Source of the DNA: Octopus vulgaris
Lineage: Eukaryota
DNA length: 64,000 nt
Direction of reading: 5' to 3'
Assembly: GCA_951406725.2 (NCBI GenBank)
Contig: OX597838.1
Span: 31,310,001 to 31,374,000 of the forward strand
The notes under the pieces were generated by a model, which was not told the DNA's origin, searched no databases, and saw only the letters and a program-made list of their open reading frames with translations. Both the position numbers and the translations under genes were made by a program. Below, in pieces: positions 13,897-27,205 of the stretch. Numbering within the stretch: the first letter of the stretch is position 1; the number at the start of each line of letters is the position of its first letter.

Positions 13897-16246
13897 GCAT
13901 CAACATTCCCATCCATGTATGTATTGTACAGACTGTTATATAACCAAAATATCTAATTGACTTAGTTGTGATATGAAAAGGTAATGGAAGCTGAAAGTAT
14001 AAAAATCAATTTTAACAACCAGATGCAAATTCCATTTGCTCTATCATCAACTTGTTTTTAAATTCACTTCATGCCAATTTCTCTATTTCCCATAATCTTT
14101 ATTTTTCGACATTCCACCTATGTCTATACTTAAATATTTTTCACCACTAACAGCTTCTTGAACTAGCTTCATCTGAATCATCATTAAATGCTATTTTGAA
14201 CCATTTCCTACAATACAACTGAATAAACCACTAATAGTTATTGCAAATATATCTCATTGTTTCATTACTGACGCAACATGGAACTAAGTCACCCCCCCAC
14301 ACACACACAACAACAACAACATTAATAGATGATTATTAAATCATAGCTAGTAAATTACTGTCAATTCATGCTAAGTAATATGCCGTTGTTGTTGTTGTAT
14401 TATTCAACCCCTTTAGCATGCATTTAAGACACATCCTCTACTGCCTGAAGTGAAACCCTATGATAACAGGAGCAACCAATTTGACAACGGTGCCACTTGC
14501 ATATAGTAGCAATACCCAATGGAAGAAATGCCGTATTCTATACTTGATTTCGAAAGGGGTGAAAAAACTGGAATACAGGACGGGGGTAAAGATAAGACTA
14601 CAAAAGGGAAAATTTTGTATCAAAATTTAACTCTAAATTAGGGGTGCAACTTATATACGAGCTAATACAGTAAATTCCTAGAAAGGCAACAAACCTGATA
14701 GTTTGTACAGAAATGTTGGAATCCGAGTCCTTGGAATAGTTAAAAGTTGATATTTAAATTACTCTACAAAATCACACTAAACAGAACAATACATACTAAA
14801 GGCTGGCTTTCACAAATCAATATTCTCTGTTCAATGACTCTTCTATAAATCTGTTTACAACAGTCACAGTTCTATAATGTCCCACTTACTGGAAGCTAAG
14901 TTAATAATAATATACAACAGATCTTATTGAAGCCAATGTGCTACAAGTCAGTTACCTCTGGAACACCTCAATATGTCGGTGTTAATGGGGTACTTTAGAA
15001 CTGTCGTAGCCTATTAACACACTAACACGACAACTCCACAAAAACCCAATAACTTCATCATAACAACCACCAACCTTTTCATTAAAGCATTGAAAAAACA
15101 CAGCCCGATTGTGAAGAAATTTCATAATTTAATGAAAACCAGAAAACTAAGCCCATTAAGGGTTGGCTGAAATATAAACCATTCTCACCATTCTCATGCC
15201 TTAGAATTATGCTTGATATATCAGAACTTAACCCACCCCTGCCTAAGAGTACAAAATATTGGAAGTATTTCATTAACTGGTTCTTACCCAAACACACAAC
15301 CATAGAACTATAGCTTGTTAACAGTTTGACAAAGACTTTCATATCAATCTGTGTGTGTATAAGAGAAGAACTTTCAGCAATTTCCTTCTAGAAGAGAAGA
15401 AAGCTTCTGCTTGATACAAACATCAATGATTGAAAACAGTTGAATAAGAAAAAAGATGTTTAGCTCTTATTCCAGCAAGCCACACAAAAACCACGCTTGG
15501 TTTGACGAAGCAAACTTCTTGCTTGAAAGTTATCTAAATTAAAACCTTTTATCAAAATTTCGTCTTAGTTTTCAGAAGCCTACATAGACGAAATCCATCA
15601 CCCATCAGATTGAGAGCAACAGTTAAGAAATATTTCATGTTGGAAGACTTAGAGACTTGACACAAGTAACTGATAATTAATATCCTCAATATGTCACACT
15701 CCACTGGTTACAATGACAAGTGTTCCTGTTGACCCATGAAATGGGCAAATTGCTGAGTACTCCATAGATATGCATACCCTTAATGTAGTTCTCAGTGGGG
15801 ATTCAGTGCAACACAGAGTTACAGGTACAACTTATTTTTGCCAGTTGAGTGGACTGGAGTAATATGAAATAATGTGTCTTGCCCAACAACACGACACGCT
15901 ACCAGGAATCAAACTGACAACCATACAATCGTAAGTCAGATACCCTAACCACGAAGCCACACGTATTCACAATATCCTCAATAAGCAGGCATAGAAGTAT
16001 ACAGAAGTAGAGAATTCCTGGTGTTTAACCCTATCATACCCAAATTTATCAACCTGCAAAAAGTAAACATTTTTAGTAAGTCTAAAAGTTTGAATGGATC
16101 AGAGGCAATAAGCGCCCAGTATTTGTTTGCATGCAACAATGTCTTGTTTGTAAAAAGTTGCAACAAGATTTACAAGATTGATAAACAACTGGTATTATGT
16201 GTTTCATTTGCTCAATCTAGTGTCATAACATTGATTATAGTAAATA

Positions 16247-16630
16247 GTGGAGGCGCAATGGCCCCGTGGTTAGGGCAGCGGACTTGCGGTCGTAGGATCG
16301 CGGTTTCGATTCCCAGACTGGGCGTTGTGAGTGTTTATTGAGCGAAAACACCTAAAGCTCCACGAGGCTCCAGCAGGGGATGGTGGTGATCCCTGCTGTA
16401 CTCTTTCACCACAACTTTCTCTCACTCTTACTTCCTGTTTCTGTTGTACCTGTATTTCAAAGGGCCGGCCTTGTCACTCTCTGTGTCACGCTGAATATCC
16501 CCGAGAACTACGTTAAGGGTACACGTGTCTGTGGAGTGCTCAGCCACTTACATGTTAATTTCACGAGCAGGCTGTTCTGTTGATCGGATCAACCGGAACC
16601 CTCGTCGTCGTAACCGACGGAGTGCTTCCA
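16247..16630 (+). mobile_element. tRNA-derived SINE family B, full length, 11-bp TSD
   Basis: tRNA-like head GGAGGCGCAATGGCCCCGTGGTTAGGGC...GGTTTCGATTCCC; TSD TATAGTAAATA at 16236-16246 and 16637-16647; near-identical inverted copy at 33383-33768. Confidence 0.9.
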
Positions 16631-17299
16631 ATCTAATATAGTAAATACTTTAGAAGTGTGATTTATGTTTATAGAAACAGCAAGGAGTCTATTATAGTCA
16701 AAATATTAGACCAAACATTGAAGAAATATCAATTACAGGGGCAAATTTCAAAGAATATGGCTTATTTCTAACAAGAATGTACATCGGTGATTGTAAAAAC
16801 TTTGTTGTGTTTGTGGGATAGGGGTCAAATGAAAACCTTACTAGCAGCACACTTTGTACAGAAAAAGTGACTTACAGGAGAATATGCCAGATGGAAACTA
16901 AAAGAAGCCTGTTGAGTATCTGTGTGTGTGTGTCTCCTTGTCTTGACATTGGATAATAGTTGTAAATGAGAGTCACTGTCATACAAGCAGTGTCATTCAT
17001 CTCCAGTCCTCTTTGCAAATATGTCTGGCCACAGGGAGATATTACTTTGCTTGGGAAAAGGAGAGCATTGGCGACAGGAGGGACATGCAGCCATAAAAAT
17101 CTACCTCAACAGACTTTGTCCAACCTATGCAAGCATGGATATGTGGACGGTAAAATGATGACAATAATGAAAGAGGAATTCAGATGTATTTCAAAAAGTA
17201 AATTGTTTCCAATATTAATCTAGTTTCCCCCTTATCATCTTTATCATTTTCAAAGCTGTTCTCCTCCTGCTGACATGGGTTGCAGAAGGATCCCCTTCA

Positions 17300-17610
17300 G
17301 TCATGAATTACCATGAGATTGCACCTAGAAAGTTCCCCTCCAAGGTACAAGTCTGGGCAAGGCTTGTTTATGGAAGACCAGCAGTCACCTATGCATACCA
17401 GCCTCCCCTCTCTGTGCCACCGATGTTATCCAAGGGAAAGACAAAGAGGCCAATAAAGCTTGGCGCCACTGACATTGTAACTCATTTCTACAGCTGATTG
17501 GATTGGAGCAACGTGAAGTAAAGTGTTTTACTCAAGAACACAACACACAGCCAAGTCAGGGAATCAAACTCACTACCTCATGATTGTGAGCCTGACACTC
17601 TAAAACCACC
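17300..17610 (-). mobile_element. Degenerate tRNA-headed SINE
   Basis: Minus strand has a GTGGTTTTAGAGTG...GTGAGTTTGATTCCC head and a gtgttgtgttcttgagtaaaacactttacttcacgttgctcca segment also seen near 11975-12030 and 15840-15960. Confidence 0.55.
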
Positions 17611-18231
17611 TGCACGACATGGGTTGTAAAGCCCACTTTATAGCATATCACTACCATTTTTTGATCTTGTGTTGCATTACCTGCAAGATCCAGTCTGACA
17701 AACCTATTACCCCTGCTTCTTCACTTCATCATAGAAACATAATATTCAATTGAAAGAAAATCATTTCAAACAAACATTTGAACCTCCTTTACAAAAACAG
17801 AAAGGTATATATGTGTGTGTGTGTGTGTGGTATGTGTATATGTAAGTTTACAGAAGTAAAGTGTAATTATTATCATGATACCATTGATAATTACACTATT
17901 CAGCATTAGTACATATCATCACCATAATTTAATGTCCAATTTTCATGCTAACAAGGATTGGCTGGTTTGATAGGACCTGGTGAGCTACAGGGTTGCATCA
18001 AGTTCAAGTGTCAGCTTTGGCATGGTTTCCGCATCTAGATGCCCTTCCTAATGCCCACCACTTTACAGTGTATGTTGGACAAGGTTTTTTTTTAAATATT
18101 TCTTTTTTTTTTTTTTTTTTTTTCCCCCCTAGTGAGATAACCAAAGTAAGTTGCAAGACAAGGAAAAAAATATATGCTGTAAAAGATAGAAACAAAACTT
18201 GCACAAAAGAGAGAGAATTAACGGAACTTAC

Positions 18232-18463
18232 CAAGAATTTAAACTTTGAAAATCATATAAAGAGTCTGTGACTAGTATTTGCTCATCTTCAATTTCATTT
18301 GTTGGAAGAAGAGGACGCTTAAGAAGTTTTGATTCCATGTGCCGATGCTGTGATCTTAGCCAACTGTTATTGTCAGTGTCTATTTTGAAATCTTGCTGCT
18401 GCTGCTGCTGTTGTTGTGGCTGTTGTTGAAGTTGTTGTGGATGCGTCTGCTGTGTTTGCTGCA

Positions 18464-18494
<31 letters not shown>

Positions 18495-18519
18495 TTGCTG
18501 CTGCTGCTGTTGCTGCTGT

Positions 18520-18560
<41 letters not shown>

Positions 18561-19335
18561 TTGTTGTTGCTGTTGTTGCTGCTGCTGCTGCTGGTGATGC
18601 TGCAGCTGTAAATTGGCAGGAGAAGGTGTGGCTTCCATTTTGGGGCTTGGCTCCTCAGACTTCAAATACAAGTCATTGCCATTATATAACATAACACTCT
18701 GAGAATCACCAATCGATGCTGGCTTGCTGCCACCACTGCCCCCACCACTGCTCACAGTACTATTTCCCACCCCGCTGTTATTGTTACCCCCATTACCACC
18801 TCCCCCGCTTGTGCTCATACCACTTCCACTACTAGAACCAACACTACCACTAACTCCAATATCTTTGTCCGAACCAGATTTCTGTGGAGGAGGGTGTGGG
18901 CTCAATGTAGGCATTGCAGGGTCCATATTTTGATTGCCTAAAGGCTGGTTGCGGGTTTCAGAGTCTAATGGAGAGGGAGCCGGCGTGGATGGAGAATCCA
19001 CCCCAGCACTCCCACAAGGTTCTACTGTGTTATGAAGCTGGGGTAAACCTGGTGTGACCCCACCAGGCCCACCAGCTGTGTTAGAGGAAGAAGAGTTTGG
19101 AGGAGGCCTAAATGCAGGGTTTGGGGGCATCGGTGGTATCATATCCAATTCAAAGTGAAAGAGATCATCATGCTGTAGAGAGCGTCTATGAAATGGAATA
19201 ACGTTCCTTCCATGCCGAGATTGCTGCCTATCAAATTTTTCAGGTTTCTCCCCCTTCACATGTTTGTTGCTGCCACACGGTAACAAGCTTTTAGTTGCGT
19301 TCTGAGCCAAAGATTTCGACTTGGAATTTCTATGC
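18232..19335 (-). CDS. MED13: MED13 exon F (1104 nt, phase 2-2): low-complexity Pro/Ser/Gly- and Gln-rich disordered region
   Basis: Lies within ORF 18228..19499; acceptor tcttgtttcag, donor TTG|gtaagt; begins RHRNSKSK, contains PFHRR, ends LKRPLLP...LYDFQSLNS(W). Confidence 0.9.
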
Positions 19336-20559
19336 CTGAAACAAGAAAGAAAACTTTCACTGAACAACGATGGTTTGAGTGAAACAGCAAAGTATAATGA
19401 TTTCGTGTAATAACAATAATAATGATAATAACAATAATGATGATGATGATGATGAATAAGAATAAATGTCCTGATACAGTACCAGGCAGTGGCTCTCATG
19501 GCTTCTGATCTTAACTGATTGGAAGTGTTATCATGTACATTGTTTTGTTTTGGTATGAAAGATGGACTTCAGCAAATATTCTGCTCAATACCACAGATTT
19601 GCTTGTCAGTTGTTTGACCATATCCAATTGAGCATGTCCCTTAGTGGCTGACAATATGTGCATCACTGATCATAAGCAGAAGTAGTGGGGGAGCATCATA
19701 GCCATGTGTTGAGAGGAATCCTTAGGGGTTTGAGTAATTTACCTTTGGAAACATGGGTGTTTCATTCAACATACTTACACAACCCTTATTCAGAGACCTT
19801 TTGAGCAGGATGAGCTACTTGACCTGAAGAAAATTCTAAGTGGGCCCCAACCACAAGGTCAATTGCTGTTTATCTTGATATGAGATCACCATTCCGCGCA
19901 CATATGATTGTGATGCATGTGCCTAGTGTACCCTTATCAAATGGGTACCCCAGTGTCACTTTGATGGCATGCACTGCTCTCTCAATAATAATAATAATAA
20001 TAATAATAATAACTAGCTGGACCCATGAAAAATTCACAGAAAACATAAAAAATGTAAGCATCTGTAAACCATGTACTTGGTGCCATGGAAAATGTTTGTA
20101 TATTATGACCATCTGTCTTAACGTTCTTAGTTCAAATTCTGCCAAGATCGATTTTGCCTTTCATCTTTTTGGGGTCAATAAATTCAGTACCAGTTGTGTA
20201 TTGGGGTCAATTTAATCAACTGCCACCGCCCCCCTTCCCCACAAAAAATTTGGGTCTTACAAAAGTACATTGTGACAGTTACAGAATACAGAAAGTAATG
20301 TGACACCAATGACTATATAATCCAACCAAAATATCTCAGTTACACAAACGTAAACAGAATTACTATTTAACCTTAAAATACATCGTTACACATTCAAAGA
20401 ACCTTAATGTACAAATTGAAATGCGAAAGAACGAAATAATGGATTTATGAATGAATGTTTGGTAATAGTGTTCATTTCCACCACACAACACTTATTATTG
20501 CAAACATGTTTTAACTAACCTAAACTATACACACACACACACAAATATATTCATATGTT

Positions 20560-20610
<51 letters not shown>

Positions 20611-23600
20611 CTCGAATTGTAGCTGTAATTCAAAGGGGCCAGCCTTGTCATAATCTGTGTGAGGCTGAACCTCCCCGAGAACAATGTTAATGTTATGTAT
20701 GTCTGTGGAGTACTCAGCCAGTTGTGAGTTAATTTTATCCTCATGTGAGAATGAAAAGTGAAATTGACATCCAATATTTGCTGTGTGTATGTATCTATGT
20801 ATGAACTTTCCTTTGGATTTATCTATCTACTGTTTCTCTCACTATCCATTTCTCTCTAACTCTCTCTCTCTCTCTCTTCCTTTCTGTCCTCCTCTCTCTC
20901 TCACTTTGCCACTTTTTTTGAAGTGTGACGCACACAACAGGTACGTACAAAAACAAAAAGTTAGCACATTAATATTATTGATAATAATAATAATCCTTTC
21001 TAATTTTAGCACAAGGCCAGCAGTTTGGGTTCACAAGGGTTAGCCAAATACATTGATCTCAGTACTTGACTGGTGATTTAGTTTACTGACCCCCAGAGAG
21101 ATAAGGAACAAAGACATCCATGACAGGGTTTAAGCTAAGAGTGTAAAAAAGCCAGAAAGAGAAACTGCACAAGCACAAGACCAGTAGTTTTAAAGTGTGA
21201 TGGTTAGTCATAAGTCAACCCCAGTACATAACTGGTACTTTATTTCATTAGCTCCAAATGGATGAAAGGCAAAGTCAACTTTGGTGGGATTTGATCTCAG
21301 AATGTAAAGAAATGGATCAAACACAGCAAGACATTTACCCAATGCTCTGCTACATCTGAATAAATGTACTAAGACCCTAACAACACAGCTACAGACAATA
21401 TGGTAACAATAATATTGTTATGTACAATAATATGTAATAATATAACACTAACAAGCTGTCGATAAAGAACTACACAAAAGCAATATCTATACCGACACAG
21501 ATCAATTATTGCTAAACAAAATCCAAATTAATCAATAATTTTAGAGAGGAAAAATAATTTGTTTTGAACAACTTTTCAATAAGTACTTTCCTCCTCCATC
21601 AATTTTGCCATTCATTCTTTTGGGAGTGAGATGAAAGAGAAAAAAAACAGCACCATTTCAAGGTGGAGAGTTGGTGGAATTGCTAGAGTATTGGATAGGA
21701 TGTTGTGTGGAATATGTTCTGCTTAGGTACACTGTGTGTTCAAATCCTGCCCCGGCACTACAAAAACACGGGCATTTCTGCCAAGAACTGCAGAGTTTCC
21801 TTAGTACAATCAGAAGATTGTATAAAATTATAGCTGTTGTTGCTATTTAGCCCCAGGTGATCCTGAGGCACCACCACAACACCAGTCTGTTCTACAGGAC
21901 TAAGATCAAATCCTCCAGCACACCAACAGTTCCCTATGGCCCATAGTCCTTTACAGGCAGATCGCAACAAAATATCCAGTGGTTCACATTAAAATCTGTG
22001 CTACATATTACAACTGTATTAAATATTTGCAGTCAAAAATTTGAGAATTTCATTTTCCATTATGTTACACTATTTGATGTTTAATTAAATTTATTTTATT
22101 TAGTTTCTAGTTATATTTCATAGATTTTTTTTATGCTCCAATGAGCCATGAAAATATTCAGTACATCAAAGTGATCCTCATTAAGAAACCAGTTTAGAAT
22201 CCCTGCTATAACATAAAAAGTTGAATATAAACAACAACCAGTCATTCTTAATGACCTCTTGACAAGGGCAATGATAAGGTAAGGAAATAGTCGAGAGGCA
22301 GGAGGGTGATTTCCATAACTAGCTTTACATAAAGTTTACCCATTTTTAGGTTCACAATCCACCCAACTTCTCCACCCTCTATTTGTAAGAAGGCAGCGAG
22401 CTGGCAGAAACGTTAGCACGCCGGGCGAAATGCGTAGCCGTATTTCGTCTGTCGTTACGTTCCAAGTTCAAATTCCGCCGAGGTCGACTTTGCCTTTCAT
22501 CCTTTCGGGGTCGATAAATTAAGTACCAGTTACAGACTGGGGTCGATGTAATCGACTTGATCCCTTTGTCTGTCCTTGTTTGTCCCCTCTGTGTTTAGCC
22601 CCTTGTGGTTAGTAAATAAATATATTTGTAGGAAGGTCATGAGGGCAGAGTCCTCGAGCACATCCTCCATAGTGTCCCATCAAGAGCAACTATCCTTACA
22701 CTTTCTGGCTGGATTCCCCAACACAACCAACTGAGACTATGGGTGTTATCCAACCATTTCGTTCCTAGTCTACCCTTAGGTCGCCTGTCAGTCGACTCAG
22801 CTTGAAGTGTCTTCTTTGCAACTCTTTCCTGTGGTATTCTAATCACAGGTCTGTAGTACTGGAGCTGTGATCCTTCAATCCCTAATGATAGAATAACCCA
22901 GTACACACATACGCAAAGGGGAACAAAGTGCAAAATTGGGATACTTTACAGCATTTTTAATAAGACAAGCCATGCTGCCATTTCCTGAAGTCAACTAACT
23001 GATGAAGATTTCAATAATACAAGCTATAAAAAAGAAGGTATAGTTATTGTTGTTGTTGTTTACCTGATACAGTTACAGGAAGCTTTAGAGGTTGGATCAC
23101 CAAAATCCCAGATAAGCAACATATCCTCAGAAGTCAAATCAGGATTCCTAGAAGTAAAAGGAACAAAACATGTTAAAGACAATAAACAAAAGAAGAAAAA
23201 AAAGGGGGTTTCTATCAGAATTTCTAATTTGACTAATATCAATTCATTTAATCAATTATAAGTCAATCAAGCTAATTAAGGGGATGATTGGCTGTTAAAT
23301 TTTTTATCTGTTCATTTTTATGTTTGATTTTCTATGCTAGCATGAATGCTATTGTTTCACAGCAGGATACCTTTCCTGTTGTTAACACTTTCAAAGATGT
23401 GCGGGATAGGAAACCACAAGTAAGGGATCTCCTATCCTACGCATTTTTGAAAGTGCAAAGTCAGTAGACAATTTGTTGATAAGGAAGTAACGTTATTGTC
23501 AGTTTGTAGGTCAGGAGGCGGGGCAAAGTGCATATGAAAACCTGCATACACACACGCACAATAGGTTTTACACAATTTCCGTCTATCAAATTCACTCGCA

Positions 23601-26600
23601 AAACATTTGTTGGCCCAGGACTACATTAGAGTACATTTGCCCAAGGTGTTGCACAGTGGGACTGAACCTGAAACCAAGTGGCTTCAAAATGAACTTCTTA
23701 ACCACATAGCCGTACCTATCTTGCAAAACTGTTTATAGTTTTTTTAGCACCAGGTCAGCCATTCTAGTCATGGTTTATTTTGTTTTTTTGTTTTGTTTTT
23801 TAACCAGGCAATGTGTATCAAGGACTACATTATCGAATGTGTCCTTTCTTGCGATTTAAAATATTTAGCTGCTCCTTCTAGCAGTCATGCAACAAACAAC
23901 GTAGAGGTTCCCTGGATGACTTCCTTTAACCCTTTAGTGTTCGCATTATTCTGCCACAATTAATGCTTCTTCATCCACATTGTTTTGAACTAATCATGCA
24001 TTATCTTGTAGCTATGAGATTTTGATGAGGTAGCTGTTAATTTTTAAAACGATATTGTAGGGTAGGTGTGAGAGACCAGATCTGGCCAGTTTGAACATAG
24101 AACAGGCAGAATACTTTTGGCCGGATATGGCCGGTTTAAATACTAAAGGGTTAAATGTAAATGCAGACGGTGTAGAACAAATAAATTATGAGTGGAAGTG
24201 GCAAATTTTGATACAATTCACTTGTTAATTTGAAAATGCTAAGAAATAATGGTGAGAAATTAAAATTTGGTTCATTTCCATTACCTTTTGCTTATTCCTG
24301 CCATTGTTACACTGTCTTGAGCAACTTTCTCCAGTATTCTGAAAGCTACAGAGTCAGCAGTTTGGTCCAAGGGTCCTAAGCTGGGTTCTACAGGTCCCGT
24401 GGCATATGGTAATGATGGACACAGCTTGAGACCCCCACCTGGAGGCAGTTGAGGCTCCCCAGGGGACGTTGGTGGAGTCAGGGGACCATTTGGAATGACA
24501 GGATGTGGACATGATGGGCGCTGGATGGGTGGAACTGGTGCGGCAGCTAAAGTTGATGCTGGAACTGTTAAAGTAGGTTCTTCCTCACAAGTAAATATAA
24601 AAGCCGAGGGATAACGCATGTGTACTCCAGCTGGAATTGAAACCATGAAGCAAGGGTTACACAAGTGCACAATAAATACTGCAATACAAAGAACTTTTAT
24701 CAATACATTCAGTACAAGTTGTAGACAAACCAAATATATATATATATATATATAGTTCAAAGGTACAAAAAAACAAAGACAGGTGAGGGAACAAGATGCA
24801 GGTGTATTAGTTTGACACTCAGGAAGAATGGAAAAGTCTTTGACATTTTGAGCTGACAGTCTTTGACAGAAAAGGATGAGAGGACAAAATGGAATGGAGC
24901 GGTAGAGAATGAAAAAAATTGTCGGTCATTTCACATGATGAAATGACCAGAAGAAATACACACACACGAAACCTTTTTAAATAACTGCTAACTGTTTGCA
25001 CACTTACCTGTCTGAGACAGGTAAATCTACCAACCAGGAATTAATAACAATAGATTATTGTATTATTCCTATAGAATATACGTAGTTGCAAAATTATCTA
25101 CAGTTGCAAATTTCCATCAAAGATATCATCATAGCACTTTACAAAAATGGTCACACACAAAAAAAAAAAAAAAACTCTGCTAAGCAGTCACACACACACA
25201 CACACACACACACACAGCTACTAAATTCAGTTTCGTAATTAAATGGTTTTCAAGAAATCATAAAAAGCTCATTAGGTTGATTCCAAACTTGGAATAAACT
25301 ATTTCTGCTAGACATTTCAAACAGCTTCGATAAGTCAACCAATTTGCTTCCTTCCAGATAAAGCAGAGCCAATCATAAAATTGGTATCAATTTTGACAAT
25401 ATCAAGAGGTGGGACCAACTTTAACAAACTGAATAGAAGAATTAGTGAATAAAAGAAGGTTGCAGAAAATGACTTGGCTTAACGAAGATTTTAAGTGCCA
25501 AGCATTAGTAAAATGTGTCTGGAGAGGTAAGTTTATAGATTTTAGTGCATAATTAGTGGTGGAGTGTGTGCACATATATGTGTAAATATATAAATGTGTG
25601 TGTATGAGAGAGAGACGTGAGAGAGTGTGTTCAAACAGGGGGTTTATCAAATGAGTTCAATAGAGGAAAATTGATCAATTAAGGAAAGATTACTGACAAT
25701 GGCATCTATGAATCAATGAATGTAGTAATAAACCATTAGCTGCTGTTGTCCTTTTTTTTTTTACTCCCCCTTTTTTTTTAACCCTCAGTTAAACTGGCAA
25801 CAAGATGACATTTTGAAATGCTGAGCAAATAGTTTGAACTGAAAAATAAAACCAAAATTAGCATTCTTTTACCTCAACCTCTGAAAAACCACTACCCTTT
25901 TCATTGTTATTAACTCGTGTCATACTACTGGACTCTCTGTCCCCTTCACTGGAGACTGTACCCCTCCTTTCAGAATTTCTCATGCTATTTATCAAAAGGT
26001 TTCTCAACTAACAACTCAAACCATCCTTATTTTCAAAGATATAAATGTCACAAAAATATGTCATAACACAAACCAGTAAACGCAGAGAGCCAATTTACAA
26101 ACAACTGAGATAGTTCTCTTTAGAAGTCGTGGTCAACTAGATCTCCATCAGCTTTTACAACACTCTCCAAATTAAACATCATTACCATTATTAAATTAAC
26201 AGGACTTAACTCATCTCTGATACCAATCAACCAGATACCACTCCTGATCCAACAATACAAACTTAGTATTTTGAAGTGATTAAATTAAAGCCATCCATTA
26301 AATTCCATGTCAAATTTACGTTCCAAACACCAGCTTAATTAAGAAGTTATTCAACTAAATTCCTCATTATTTTCAAAATTAATTAAGGGTTAATGAAATA
26401 TCTACTTCCATTGTAGACAATTGTAACAACTAGATTCTACCAAAACATTGAGGCATCCATGACTATTTTAGTTTATATCACAAATAGAATAAACTGAATT
26501 AGTTGTAACATTGTTAAAACAATTAGCTTTTAGCCACCTAATCTACACTGAAATATGAACTAATCCATCTAATTCAATATTTCTTTCAATATTAAAATGT

Positions 26601-27142
26601 TTTTAAAATACAACCATATCAGTGCCGTAATAGAGTAAAACGTTCTTCAAAAAAGAAAAAGACTTTATTCAGTGTTTTCTCTTGCCAAGTCTTCAACCTT
26701 AGCCATCACAAGATATGTGCTTTAGTACGATCATATTTTAACCTCACATCACTACTTCCCCCAATACCACTCCCCCCATCTCAGTTGAGGGCAGGGTGGT
26801 ATTTATATGACATCACCACTACTGGTGCCACATAAAAAGCACCCAGAACACACTGTAAATTGGTTAGCATAAGGAAGGGCATCCATCTGTAGAAACCATG
26901 CCGAAACAGACAGTTTGATACAGTCCTCTGGCTTGCCATCTCCTGTTGAACCATCCAATAGATACCAGCATGGTATCTATTACCATTTATCGACCCATTT
27001 ATCGACCCTGAAAGGATGAAAGGCATAGTTGACTTCAGCAGAATTTGAACTCAGAACGTAGCGACAGGCGAAATACTGCTAAGCATTCCGTCCAGCATGC
27101 TAACAATTCTGCCAGCTCGCCACCTTGGAAAACGCATGTTTA

Positions 27143-27205
<63 letters not shown>

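Noticed and set aside
16247-16325. tRNA gene-like sequence (also at 33695-33768)
   Set aside because: It is the tRNA-derived head of a SINE, continuing into a shared 300-bp body with TSDs; no proper cloverleaf end.
18393-18933. Plus-strand poly-Leu, poly-Ala/Val and Pro/Leu ORFs
   Set aside because: Antisense shadows of the MED13 CAG/CAA and Gly/Ser repeats.
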